Assembly (NCBI GenBank): GCA_963706045.1
Contig: CAVPLY010000008.1
Coordinates: 13,966 to 77,965, forward strand
DNA length: 64,000 nt
Source: an uncultured Actinomycetota bacterium
GTDB lineage: Bacteria > Actinomycetota > Actinomycetes > JAHEKZ01
Direction: 5' to 3'
A program made the translations under genes and the position numbers. Positions 29,797-38,454 of this stretch are shown here, in pieces. Position 1 is the first letter of the stretch, and each line of letters begins with the position of its first letter. A model generated the notes under the pieces. The model made no database searches and was not told the origin of the DNA. It saw only the letters and a program-made list of their open reading frames with translations.

Positions 29797-29961
29797 GGAC
29801 CACTGAGACCACCCGATTTCCCAGGGCGTCCTAGTCATTTCGAGTCGGCACCAACGGAGTGAACCCGCCACTGAGCGTCACCCGTTCGCCAGCGGAGTGT
29901 TCGCGAATCGTGGCCGAGACTGAGGGAGGAAATGTCGACGTCCCACCTCGGGAGGTGAGTT
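29797..29961 (+). promoter_or_regulatory. conserved upstream region / putative 5' leader of peptide cassette 2
   Basis: Duplicate of 29227..29392 with the same ordered conserved blocks, ending in a GGGAGGTGAG RBS. Confidence 0.55.
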
Positions 29962-30066
29962 ATGAAGAACGTCAAGGCCCACGTGGTCGTCTCGGTTCTC
30001 GGAAGCGCCGCGAGCGTTGCCGCGCTGGTGTCGGTGGTCGGTGCTGGTACTAAGTGGATGAGGTAG
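29962..30066 (+). CDS. small hydrophobic cationic peptide, type A (34 aa): MKNVKAHVVVSVLGSAASVAALVSVVGAGTKWMR
   Basis: Diverged from peptide 1 by many synonymous changes (gca/gcc, gta/gtg, ggg/gga, agt/agc, acc/act) and conservative replacements. Confidence 0.7.
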   Translation: MKNVKAHVVVSVLGSAASVAALVSVVGAGTKWMR

Positions 30067-30073
30067 GGGAGAC

Positions 30074-30181
30074 ATGGAGATCATCGAGGCACAGGTTGTG
30101 ATCTCAGCGCTCGGTAGCTCCGTCACGATCTTGTCCCTGGCATCAGTCATGATTGCCGGCAAGAAGTGGGCTCACCTTTAG
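30074..30181 (+). CDS. small hydrophobic cationic peptide, type B (35 aa): MEIIEAQVVISALGSSVTILSLASVMIAGKKWAHL
   Basis: ATG 7 nt after the previous stop, with a GGGGAG RBS. Type B C-terminus. Confidence 0.7.
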   Translation: MEIIEAQVVISALGSSVTILSLASVMIAGKKWAHL

Positions 30182-30215
30182 ATCGCGACAACTAGGTCAC
30201 AACAACAATCACCGC

Positions 30216-30249
30216 TCGCGCCGGTCCCGACACATCGGGGTCGGCGCGA
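30216..30249 (+). terminator. GC hairpin closing cassette 2
   Basis: tcgcgccg-gtcccg / acacat / cggggt-cggcgcga, homologous to the cassette 1 hairpin. Confidence 0.6.
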
Positions 30250-30272
30250 ACGTGTGTAACGGAAGACTCGAT

Positions 30273-30298
30273 GTGGTGGGCGATACTGGAAGAAAACC
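30273..30298 (-). repeat. displaced 3'-end fragment of tRNA-Val(GAC); distal att-like direct repeat of the island
   Basis: gtggtgggcgatacTgga is 17/18 identical to 41565..41582 (gtggtgggcgatacAgga). Similarity extends to aacc, giving 21/26. Confidence 0.75.
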
Positions 30299-30355
30299 GG
30301 GGACGAAGCTGACTCATCCCGCCCGGCGCTGGAGCCCGAATCGGCTGCTGACCCG

Positions 30356-30789
30356 ATGCATGACAAGGAATGCCGCACACTGTTCCGCAGACTGGCACGA
30401 CTTTGGCACCCCGACTTCGCCACCGATGAAGATGACAAGACGCTTCGTCACGCGATGATGGCTCGGATCAACGACCTCTACAAGACCCGGGACCAGAAGG
30501 TCTGCGGCGCCTCTGGGATCAGGGTGCCTCGGCGCTGACTGACGCCGGCCTTCCTGAACTTGAGGCGCTCCGGGAGCGAATCATCAAAGTGAGTGCGGAC
30601 CTTGAGGAAGTCCGGAGTCACATCGAAGAGCTTCTCGAATCACCACTGGAGCAACTCAGGGTGGATCTTGACGAGGCCCGAATGCAGGGAAGGGACCTCT
30701 TCGCCGAGCAGGCCGCGGAGGCTGACGCTGAGATCGACCAACTTCTCGAGGCACTTCACGATCTTGCTGACTCCGTCCAACACGAGTAG
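30356..30789 (+). pseudogene. J-domain (DnaJ-like) protein with frame break near 30488-30493
   Basis: FRRLARLWHPDFATDEDDKTLRHAMMARINDLYKTRD carries the HPD motif. Continues in another frame as EGLRRLWDQGASALTDAGLPELEALRERIIKVSADLEEVRSHIEELLE... (ORF 30589..30789). Confidence 0.6.
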
Positions 30790-30929
30790 TCCTCACAAAG
30801 ACCACCACGCGCGCAGGGCTCTATGAACTGAACATGGCTGGTCAAACGTCAGATGCCCAACCTGTTCAGCAGCCGGTCAACCTCGCTGTCCTGGCCACTC
30901 CACCGTCGGAGTTCGGCCTTCAGAGCTGA

Positions 30930-31637
30930 GATTGTCTCCCTGGCGTTGGCCAATTCCCGCAGGATCGATTGGGTGTGGGCAGCGACGGCTGCGACACCCG
31001 CGCCGAAGTCCTCATCGCCGAGTCCCTGAAACGGGTACGGACAACCTCCGGCTGCTACGTCCGCACCGGGAAGTGGTTCTCCAAGTACGACGGCCTCACC
31101 TTCAAACGGGCCACCAACCTCGACATCGACCACATGGTGCCCCTCGCCGAGGCGTGGGGGTCCGGGGCGAAGAAGTGGAACTCCAGCACCCGGGGCCGGT
31201 TCTCCAACGACCTGGCCTACCGGTACTCACTGATCGCGGTCAGCGCCTCCAGCAACCGGTCCAAGAGCGACAGTGACCCGTCTGAGTGGATGCCACCGCG
31301 CAGGAAGTTCCACTGCGACTACGCCAAGCAGTACACCGCCGTGAAGTAGCGGTGGAACCTGAAGGTGAACAAGGCCGAGCGCACCAAGCTTCGCCGCACC
31401 ATCAAGTCCTGCAGCGACAAGCGCATCCTCAAACCCCACCGAGCCGACATCAACACCGGCAGCTCAGGCGGTGGCGGTGGTGGTGGTCGGTGTGACCCGA
31501 ACTACGCCGGCGCGTGCATCCCCATCGTCAACTACGACCTCGACTGCTCCGACATCCCTGACCGCAACTTCCGCGTCGTCGGCAGAGACATCCACGGCTT
31601 CGACGGCGACGGCGACGGGATCGCCTGCGAGACGTAG
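30930..31637 (+). pseudogene. DUF1524/HNH-type nuclease fused to an Excalibur Ca-binding domain; N-terminus missing and in-frame TAG at 31347-31349
   Basis: GSDGCDTRAEVLIAES...LDIDHMVPLAEAWGSGA...SNRSKSDSDPSEW...YTAVK-stop-RWNLKVNKAERTKL...DGDGDGIACE. Both halves are in the same frame. No signal peptide or start codon lies upstream (stop at 30927). Confidence 0.7.
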
Positions 31638-31687
31638 AGCCTTGCACGAATACCTTCCTGAGAACATTGATCCTGCGTCCGCTGCTT

Positions 31688-32101
31688 CTAGTTGACCCTC
31701 CAGGCGGTGCGGTCAATGGTGATCGTCGAGGGGTCGCCGCTTCCCCAGTACCACCATTGAGGCACCTGTAAGAAGGGGGCGACATAGTCGTCTAGTGCTG
31801 CAGGATTGAGTGTCACATTGAAACCTTTGTGCAAGATGATTCGCTGATTGTCCATGTTCCCGAAGTAGTAGTCGCGCAGCCCGGGTTCCCTTTGCCCAAC
31901 CGTCGGATCCACCGGAATCCATCCCACTCCCTGAAGGTAGAACTCCGCCCACACGTGAGTCTGCTCGACCCCTGAGATCGCCCAGTGGCCGACAACGGGG
32001 CGTGCGGGGATCCCCGATGCGCGGGCAACGGCAACAAATAGTGCCGCGTAGGCTCCGCACTCTCCTCGGCCCGTGGCCAGCAGGCTTCTTGCGCCGTCCA
32101 C
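31688..32101 (-). CDS. transglutaminase-like cysteine protease core, short (137 aa, possibly N-terminally truncated)
   Basis: GECGAYAALFVAVARASGIPARPVVGH...HVWAEFY...GWIPVDPT is a Cys-His-Asp transglutaminase-core pattern. Only 46 nt separate it from the upstream gene. Confidence 0.6.
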   Translation of the reverse strand: MDGARSLLATGRGECGAYAALFVAVARASGIPARPVVGHWAISGVEQTHVWAEFYLQGVGWIPVDPTVGQREPGLRDYYFGNMDNQRIILHKGFNVTLNPAALDDYVAPFLQVPQWWYWGSGDPSTITIDRTAWRVN

Positions 32102-32147
32102 ACTCCGGCATCAACTCTGAGAGGGAAGTCTCCCGGTCCCTTCGGTC

Positions 32148-32843
32148 TCAGCCGTTGACCTGGGCGAGGTAGGCCTCGGTGAAGTCGCGCACCGCAGACT
32201 TGTCGGGCCCCATGGAAATGCCAACAGTGCCGTCGTGGTGCCAGGCGTAGGCGGCGACATCGCCGTCGTCCTCGACCGTCACGACTTGTTCGCCACCGAT
32301 GGTCTCGGTCGTGACAGTTCCGCCAGCGGATGCCACTCCTCCGGCGAAGCCCATGAGTATCTGCTCGGGTTCGTAGCCGGGTGTGTTCTCGACTGCAGGG
32401 TTCACCGTGGCCAAGAAGAGCAGGGCGTCAGGTTGGTCCGCACCTGACATCACCTGGTGACCGGAGGTTGCCAGGTAGAAGTCACCACTACCGTCGGGCA
32501 TTACCGCGGCTGCCTGGTCGTTGCCCTCGCTGAACCCCCGCTGAAATTCCTGGCTCAGGGCAGAGAATTCGCCGGTCGGGTTCTCGTAGGCGTAACCCGG
32601 AACCGATGTCAGCGCCGGTTCATCAGCTTCGGCGGTGTGCGCGTTGGTCAGAGACGGTTCGCTGCCGCCCAGCAGGAGGAGGTAGGCGCCGGCTGCCAGG
32701 ACACCGGCGAAGGCCAGCCCCGCCAGCCCCAGAATCGTCCACAATCGAATGCTCTTCTGTAGTGCACTCCGGGGCGGGATGTGTTGCTCTGCGGACGGGA
32801 TGCCGTCGGGGGTGAGGGGAGGATTCGGGGTCAAGGTTGACAT
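32148..32843 (-). CDS. membrane-anchored hypothetical protein, paralog of 37123..37815
   Basis: MSTLTPNPP..., one TM helix, then NAHTAEADEPALTSVPGYAYENP ... WHHDGTVGISMGPDKSAVRDFTEAYLAQV. The same blocks occur in the 37123 gene. Confidence 0.6.
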   Translation of the reverse strand: MSTLTPNPPLTPDGIPSAEQHIPPRSALQKSIRLWTILGLAGLAFAGVLAAGAYLLLLGGSEPSLTNAHTAEADEPALTSVPGYAYENPTGEFSALSQEFQRGFSEGNDQAAAVMPDGSGDFYLATSGHQVMSGADQPDALLFLATVNPAVENTPGYEPEQILMGFAGGVASAGGTVTTETIGGEQVVTVEDDGDVAAYAWHHDGTVGISMGPDKSAVRDFTEAYLAQVNG

Positions 32844-33155
32844 GTCACACCCACCTTCACGAAGGGGCATATCGATCCAGGCTCAGTGTCATCTCCGGTG
32901 CGGCGTTCCCGGTAGGGGCCATGGTCCCGGTGGTGCGGACTCGACCACTCCTGCTGATCACACGGCATCTAGAACCGTTCAGCGCACCGGAAGCGCCGGC
33001 TTCGTGCCATAGAAGGTGGGTCCTTCGTCGGGAGGTACTCGGCCATCGCTGAGGGGGAGTCAGCCTTGATGGAGATCGGTGGTCTGACGTGTCGGCGAAG
33101 GGGCCCGGCGGTGCTTCCACGCCGTCGAACTCCGCAGGTCTCGGGTGCCCGCGGG

Positions 33156-34298
33156 CTAGGTCGATACGGAGATCAAAGAGGCGAACTGCCGGAACATCTT
33201 CTCGCTTGCCTCGGGATCCGCTGTGTCGCCCCAGGAGTACACCACGACACCCCGCCCACCGATAACCGCCGCTCCCGCTGTCAGGGACAAGAGGCTGCCT
33301 TCGCTGCTGTGGTCGACCATCGATGCAACCTGCCAAGTCACGCCACCGATGTTTCGCGCACGGTGCTGGGCTGAGGTCCCACCACGTTCGTCCACGGAGT
33401 CCATCAGGCCGAGGATCACGGACTCGGGGGAGAGCGGGGACGACGACGACACGAGGACGAGCGACGCGGGGGGCACGCCGTCGAACCAATCACAGTCAAG
33501 GTCACAAGTGCCGCGCGCGCGCTCCCAGCTCGTGGGGAGAGCCGATTGGAGGCCGTTGTGAAGTCTCACGGACCTCCATGGATCGGTAGGTGCCACCAAG
33601 GGTGCAGGAGACGCCATTGGGTCGAAGTCCAAGATGGTGTGGACCGTCATCCGGTGGCCCAACGTCGTCATCGTCACTCCACCGACGAGTCGTACAGGAG
33701 TTCCGTCTCCGAGGACCATGACTCGCTGGTTCAGCGTGACGTCGTTGGCCGTTCCCTTCAGGTGGAGTGCCCGGATGGCGGAGGGTCCGGACAGGGTCCT
33801 TGTCAACACCTGCACCTGCTGGTCCTGCCAGGTCATGCTCTTGCCCAAGCGCAGGGGAGCGGCGGAGTCGACTGCTGCCATGGTCAGGGCAAGGCTGCTC
33901 CCTTGACCTTCTCGCTGCTGCCGAATCCAGGGGCCGCCAGCAGTCTTCTGGTAGGTGACGCCTCCGACGATCACGATGGATTGGCGCCCGATCTCGGAGG
34001 CTGTCATGTCCATCTCCATGTCACGACCGGTCATGTGCCCACTTCCCCGGGCTGTCATGTCTTCGCCCAGGAAAGTCATAGTCATCGACAGATCGAAGTC
34101 GGCATCGAAGCCGTCCCGCAGCAGCTCCGAAGCGGTGGCTGCTACGTCAACGGTCGCAGATGGAGATGGTGACGGTGCATCCGCAGCACCCGGTCCGGGG
34201 GACCCGTTGGAGCAGGCCCCTGTGCCGAGGGCAAAGGCAAACAGCACGGCTGCGGAGGTCGAGGGGGAGTGGGTGAGCCGTTCAGCGAAGCGCAGCAT
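33156..34298 (-). CDS. hypothetical lipoprotein
   Basis: Lipobox FALGTGAC followed by a Pro/Ser linker and a 330-aa domain. No family recognised. Confidence 0.55.
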   Translation of the reverse strand: MLRFAERLTHSPSTSAAVLFAFALGTGACSNGSPGPGAADAPSPSPSATVDVAATASELLRDGFDADFDLSMTMTFLGEDMTARGSGHMTGRDMEMDMTASEIGRQSIVIVGGVTYQKTAGGPWIRQQREGQGSSLALTMAAVDSAAPLRLGKSMTWQDQQVQVLTRTLSGPSAIRALHLKGTANDVTLNQRVMVLGDGTPVRLVGGVTMTTLGHRMTVHTILDFDPMASPAPLVAPTDPWRSVRLHNGLQSALPTSWERARGTCDLDCDWFDGVPPASLVLVSSSSPLSPESVILGLMDSVDERGGTSAQHRARNIGGVTWQVASMVDHSSEGSLLSLTAGAAVIGGRGVVVYSWGDTADPEASEKMFRQFASLISVST

Positions 34299-34392
34299 GG
34301 CGGGCCTCCTTCACGCGCATTCACTTCATCAGTGGGCGGCGCTCGTGGCCAGAGGACTTGGTCCCCCGGCGTGCTGCTGAGCCCGAGCCGCG

Positions 34393-34488
34393 TCAGTCCG
34401 TCAGCGCCTGGCGCAGGCTGATCTCGCCCTTGGGGTCGAGCTCTCGCGTGAGGATGAACCCGAGTCGGGCGTACAGGCCAGGGTTCCA
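34393..34488 (-). pseudogene. C-terminal remnant of a GNAT acetyltransferase (~32 codons)
   Basis: The minus strand reads WNPGLYARLGFILTRELDPKGEISLRQALTD-stop, a typical GNAT beta-strand/tail, with no intact upstream ORF. Confidence 0.4.
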
Positions 34489-34543
34489 CCTTCGCCCAGC
34501 ATGTGGCTGGTGAGCAGCTCGGTCCCTTATCCCTGCTCGCCCG

Positions 34544-36277
34544 TCAGCGGTTGTCCTGGCAGGTCACCTGTTGGGCAGGGAGGGTGTCGTGCAGAAGATA
34601 ATCGACGAAAAGGTCGTTGAGGCACTCATGTCGGAACCTCGCCAGGGGAGCGTGCTCGTTCCCCAACCAGGTAATCAACGGGGAGTCGAGCTGCTCGGCT
34701 GACGTCACGGCCACCTGGTACGGAGTCGTGGACTCGTCCTTGGATCCGATAATCATCACTGGGGTTCCGCTCTCGTTTGTCCAGGTTGGTCGGTGCGGAG
34801 GCGGATCCGGGATCAGTGGACTGTCGAACGCGGCCCACGACCAGTCGTTCCCGGGGTGCTCGGGGTAGTAGCGAAACTCCGGGTCTCCGGTCTGGAGACG
34901 CCATAGGAACGGAGCCGCGTGCTGGAAGCGGTGGTCGAGCGCGTCGATCTCGGCGTGGCTGTCCAGCTCGCGTAGGTCTACGTCCAGCCCGTTAACCATC
35001 GCCCTGATCTCGAGGCTATTGTCGCGAGCAAATGCCTGCGGGTCGTAGGGTTCGCCGTTCTTGAGATTGCGGAGCATCTGCTGGACGTCGTAACCGTCGC
35101 GGTCGAAGGAGAGGTACTCGAAAAGGCCGTTCCACCGATGCTTGATGAGTGCGTCCAGGCCCTGGTTGAACGTCTTCTGAACCCGGTCGGTGTCTCTGTA
35201 TGTGAGGGCAAGCAGACCGTGCACGAAGGCATACTCGGAGCTGAGCCGGAGCCGTGGGTCTCCAGGGAACGGCTCGAGCCCGACGAAGCCAGCGAGTTGG
35301 TCGTTCTCACCCCACTGCCGGATTTGCAGTAGCTTGCCCCGGACCTCTGTGGGCGTGAGCCCTTTGGCCTCTGCATAACCGTCAACGAGCCGGAGGACCT
35401 GCTCCTCGGTCGCGCGCACCTCCACCAACTGTTGCGCATCGGTCTCCCAGCTATCCCCTGTTGGTGAATCGAGCACCAGATGTCCGACGTGGTGCGGGTA
35501 GGTGCGCAGGTACTCTGCACCGATCGTCGTCCCATAGGAAGAGCCCAGGAAGTTCAGGTCAGACCGGTTGGTGACTGCCCGACGCATCTCCTCAAGGTCG
35601 TGGACGACACTCGAGGTTCCCAACGTCCACCAGGCTGGATTCCGCCCCTCGCAATCCCGCTGGAAGTCATCGAACGACTCCTGCAACTCCTCGGCCTCCT
35701 GCAGGTTCGCTGGAGTGAGCTCCCACTCCCAGTAGGAGGCGAAGTCCAGTTCGTCGGAGCAGCGAATGGGATCTCCGGATATCGGCTGCGAATGCAGCAC
35801 CCCCCGCGGATCAAAACCGACTATGTCGTAGGCGCTGCGAACCCTAGCGGGGAAGGGCTGCTGTTGAACCGTTTCGATGCCAGACGCGCCAGGGCCGCCA
35901 GGGTTTGTGAAGAGGGTTCCCTTGCTGCCCCGCTTCCCGGTGGCGGGCAGCCGCATCATGGCGATTGCGAAGTCTGGCAGGTCTGACTCGGATCCGTAGA
36001 CCGCCGGGACTAGCAGCATTGAGCAGTCCACTTCATCAGGTTCGAAAGATCCTGCGGGGTGCTTGACGAAGTAGTCGTCGGGGCACGGGCCCCACTCCAA
36101 CTGGGTAGTGGTGAGGGTGGAGAGGTTAGTTGGAGTCGGAACGCCCACTTCTGCTTCTTTGCCACCCGGCGCGCAAGCTGTGAGCATCGACCCGGCCAGG
36201 AGCAGGCCCAAGCAGGCGGGTTGGAGGGCCTTGGCCGACCACCCACGCCAAGCCAGGAGTGACCGATCGGGCGCCAT
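34544..36277 (-). CDS. secreted alpha/beta hydrolase of the tripeptidyl-aminopeptidase (TAP) family, lipoprotein-type signal
   Basis: FTNPGGPGASG, VGFDPRGV and the nucleophile elbow GSSYGT. N-terminal LLLAGSMLTAC lipobox. Confidence 0.8.
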   Translation of the reverse strand: MAPDRSLLAWRGWSAKALQPACLGLLLAGSMLTACAPGGKEAEVGVPTPTNLSTLTTTQLEWGPCPDDYFVKHPAGSFEPDEVDCSMLLVPAVYGSESDLPDFAIAMMRLPATGKRGSKGTLFTNPGGPGASGIETVQQQPFPARVRSAYDIVGFDPRGVLHSQPISGDPIRCSDELDFASYWEWELTPANLQEAEELQESFDDFQRDCEGRNPAWWTLGTSSVVHDLEEMRRAVTNRSDLNFLGSSYGTTIGAEYLRTYPHHVGHLVLDSPTGDSWETDAQQLVEVRATEEQVLRLVDGYAEAKGLTPTEVRGKLLQIRQWGENDQLAGFVGLEPFPGDPRLRLSSEYAFVHGLLALTYRDTDRVQKTFNQGLDALIKHRWNGLFEYLSFDRDGYDVQQMLRNLKNGEPYDPQAFARDNSLEIRAMVNGLDVDLRELDSHAEIDALDHRFQHAAPFLWRLQTGDPEFRYYPEHPGNDWSWAAFDSPLIPDPPPHRPTWTNESGTPVMIIGSKDESTTPYQVAVTSAEQLDSPLITWLGNEHAPLARFRHECLNDLFVDYLLHDTLPAQQVTCQDNR

Positions 36278-36283
36278 GGTGAC

Positions 36284-36925
36284 CTACACCCCCTCCGGCA
36301 TGTGGTCCCACATCCACTTTGAGACTCGCTGCGTTTCCGTCCACTCGGATGGATCGATCTGCCCTGTCCGTTCCGCTCCGACCCCCCAGAAGACGAATGG
36401 GGCCAAGAAAAGTGCGGCGACCAGCCAGAAGGCGTCGCCGACAGCGACGGTCGCACTGGACAGGAGGAGGCAGGCCCAGAAGCTGATACAGATGCGTCGC
36501 CAACGCCGTTGCGGGATGCGACCCAGTGTGCCGCGCACTTCAGGTGTTGTTGCCTGGGTTGGGTCGGCGGGAGTGTGCAAGGTGGGGTCAGTTGGTTCCG
36601 ACGTCGACGTTGCCGTGTCGACCTGGGCTAGTTGCTCGTCGAGGAAACGATCGACCTCGTCCTCGTCGTAACCGCGATTCCGGCGCCCTTGGGTTGTGAA
36701 GACGACGTTGCGGATCTCGTCCGCCGTTCGCTCGCCAATAGTGTCAATGAAGGCGTCAACCTCGGCGATGTTGTAGCCCATCCCCTTCTTGCGTGCGACG
36801 GTGAATCTTTGGTCGAGATGTTGGTCTGGGACCGGACCGCCGGTTGGGACTGCGTCGCGTAGGCGTGCGAGTGTCTGCTCGGGTGTCTCGGTGGTCGGCT
36901 GGCGATGTCTGTGAATGAGGCTCAT
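36284..36925 (-). CDS. DivIVA-domain protein with two DivIVA N-terminal repeats and a C-terminal membrane segment
   Basis: GYNIAEVDAFIDTI and GYDEDEVDRFLDEQL repeats, then hydrophobic ICISFWACLLLSSATVAVGDAFWLVAALFLAPFVFW. GGGGAGGG RBS before ATG 36925. Confidence 0.7.
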   Translation of the reverse strand: MSLIHRHRQPTTETPEQTLARLRDAVPTGGPVPDQHLDQRFTVARKKGMGYNIAEVDAFIDTIGERTADEIRNVVFTTQGRRNRGYDEDEVDRFLDEQLAQVDTATSTSEPTDPTLHTPADPTQATTPEVRGTLGRIPQRRWRRICISFWACLLLSSATVAVGDAFWLVAALFLAPFVFWGVGAERTGQIDPSEWTETQRVSKWMWDHMPEGV

Positions 36926-37122
36926 GGCACGGCCCTCCCCACAATCATGAGCAGCCGGCTTGTCCCTCGCTAGGGCCCTTCGCCCCGACCACGCACCTGA
37001 CTGACGCGCCCTGTCCGAAGTGTCTGTCGTGGTTGTCGGGACCAACGCCTCTGTCGATGCGCCCTGCCAGGTCATAGGACTGCGACTGGAGGCGTCTGCC
37101 CCCTGAGCAGTGGAGGTGGGTC

Positions 37123-37815
37123 ATGAGCACCGCAACTCCAATCCCCCCGCCAGTTGCATCCGATGATCCGCAGTTGGCTGCGACACCCGCGGAGCCCCCC
37201 AGGAGGAGCCAGGGCCGGCTCTGGCTGATCCTCGGGGGCCTCACGGTGCTGTTCCTTGCGGCTGTTGGCATCACCATTGTGTTCCTCTCCGGCGCGGACG
37301 ACACCGCCGTTGTCAACGAGCACACCGCAGAGGCGACCGAACCCTCCTTCATCGAGGTGCCGGGCTACGTGTACACGGATCCGCAAGCTGGGGATGTAGC
37401 CGACTGGGACGCCACGATGACGCAGACGAACGAGAAGATGGCCGACCTGCTGGGCTCTGACTTCGCAGACACCCCGTGGGTGACCTCCTGGTCGCTGCAC
37501 GATGTCGACCGTGCGACGGAGGGGAGAGACTTCCTCTGGCTGGGGCTGATCGAGATCAACCCGCAGTTCGCGAACGTGCCCTCCTGGGACACGGAGTTCT
37601 TCATCACCTCGGTGGCGGGTGACATGACCACCGGCGCGACCACCCTGTGGATGGACACCATCAACGATGAACCTGTCGCCGTCGGCTGGGAGGCCACGGA
37701 GGGCTGGACGATGTTCGCGTGGCTCCACGAGGGCACCGTGAGCGTGGCGGCCGGACCCGACGAGAGTGCCGTCCGCTCCTTCGTCGAGGCCTACATCATC
37801 GAGCAAAACAGCTGA
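37123..37815 (+). CDS. membrane-anchored hypothetical protein, paralog of 32148..32843
   Basis: MSTATPIPPP..., one TM helix, NEHTAEATEPSFIEVPGYVYTDP ... WLHEGTVSVAAGPDESAVRSFVEAYIIEQ. Confidence 0.6.
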   Translation: MSTATPIPPPVASDDPQLAATPAEPPRRSQGRLWLILGGLTVLFLAAVGITIVFLSGADDTAVVNEHTAEATEPSFIEVPGYVYTDPQAGDVADWDATMTQTNEKMADLLGSDFADTPWVTSWSLHDVDRATEGRDFLWLGLIEINPQFANVPSWDTEFFITSVAGDMTTGATTLWMDTINDEPVAVGWEATEGWTMFAWLHEGTVSVAAGPDESAVRSFVEAYIIEQNS

Positions 37816-38068
37816 GTGAACACGGCGTTCGCTGGTCGGCGCGACAGACGACAGCCCCGGCCGCGACGGGCCCCGGCCCCTTCGGGCGTGACACCTGTCC
37901 AGGCCGCCGTGTCCGAGGAAATCGGCGCATATCCTGGCGCACCACCGCATCACATGAGGGCGCGAGGTTCGCCGCACTCCCCTGACCTGCACCTACACTG
38001 TCGGGACGACAGTGTGGTGTTTCACGACTTAGTTAACCCCTGTCCCGCGACATCGTTAACCCTGCGGG

Positions 38069-38278
38069 ATGTCGAAGAACCGGGTCATCGTTGAAGCCGT
38101 GCTTGCGGGTCAGTCTCATGGGGCGGTCGCCCGCCAGTACGGGATCTCCACCGTCTGGGTGGGCAAGCTCGTGGCCCGTTGGCGGGTCGGTGGTTGGGAC
38201 GCGGTGGCTGTGCGCGCGGCTGACGGCCGGGCCGATGGGGTTAGGTCTGGAGCCTGTAGCGAGGTCGGAGTCCTCTGA
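38069..38278 (+). pseudogene. N-terminal HTH fragment of an IS481/IS3-like transposase
   Basis: MSKNRVIVEAVLAGQSHGAVARQYGISTVWVGKLVARWRVGGWDAV resembles transposase HTH N-termini. No catalytic domain follows. Confidence 0.5.
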
Positions 38279-38454
38279 GAGGTGGCCGAGTGAGCCTTCT
38301 ACAACCTCCCCCCGCGCGTAGTCCGGTCCCTCTGAAATAACTCTCAGGAGGACGAAGATCCCGGCAACTCTGCCGCATGAGGTCTTAGCCTGCCCGGATG
38401 CCCGAGGCCGCCAACCCGCCGGGCATGGCCGTCCGGACGCCGACAGAGATTCCG

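Noticed and set aside
29386-29806. Track ORFs of 71-87 aa (29386-29619, 29469-29732, 29591-29806) running through the peptide cassette in other frames
   Set aside because: They read across the true peptide stops in alternative frames and give Arg/Gly-rich sequence. The 34-36 aa ORFs each have a dedicated RBS and synonymous-site divergence between paralogs.
29393-30181. Interpretation of the small peptides as RiPP precursors (lanthipeptide, lasso or linaridin) or Flp-type pilins
   Set aside because: They have no Cys, no recognisable leader/core split, and no modification, protease or transporter genes nearby. The Flp G/xxxxEY processing motif is absent. This reading is kept open only as a remote alternative.
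30849-31133. 94-aa minus-strand ORF overlapping the nuclease remnant
   Set aside because: Its N-terminal two thirds are the antisense of conserved nuclease motifs. The C-terminal coiled-coil-like 40 residues (ILRELANARETISALKAELRRW) lack any in-frame start, so at most it is another gene fragment.
37072-37992. 306-aa minus-strand ORF antisense to the 37123 membrane-protein gene
   Set aside because: The plus-strand gene has a paralog with the same architecture elsewhere in the island. The antisense translation is Arg/Gly/His-rich.
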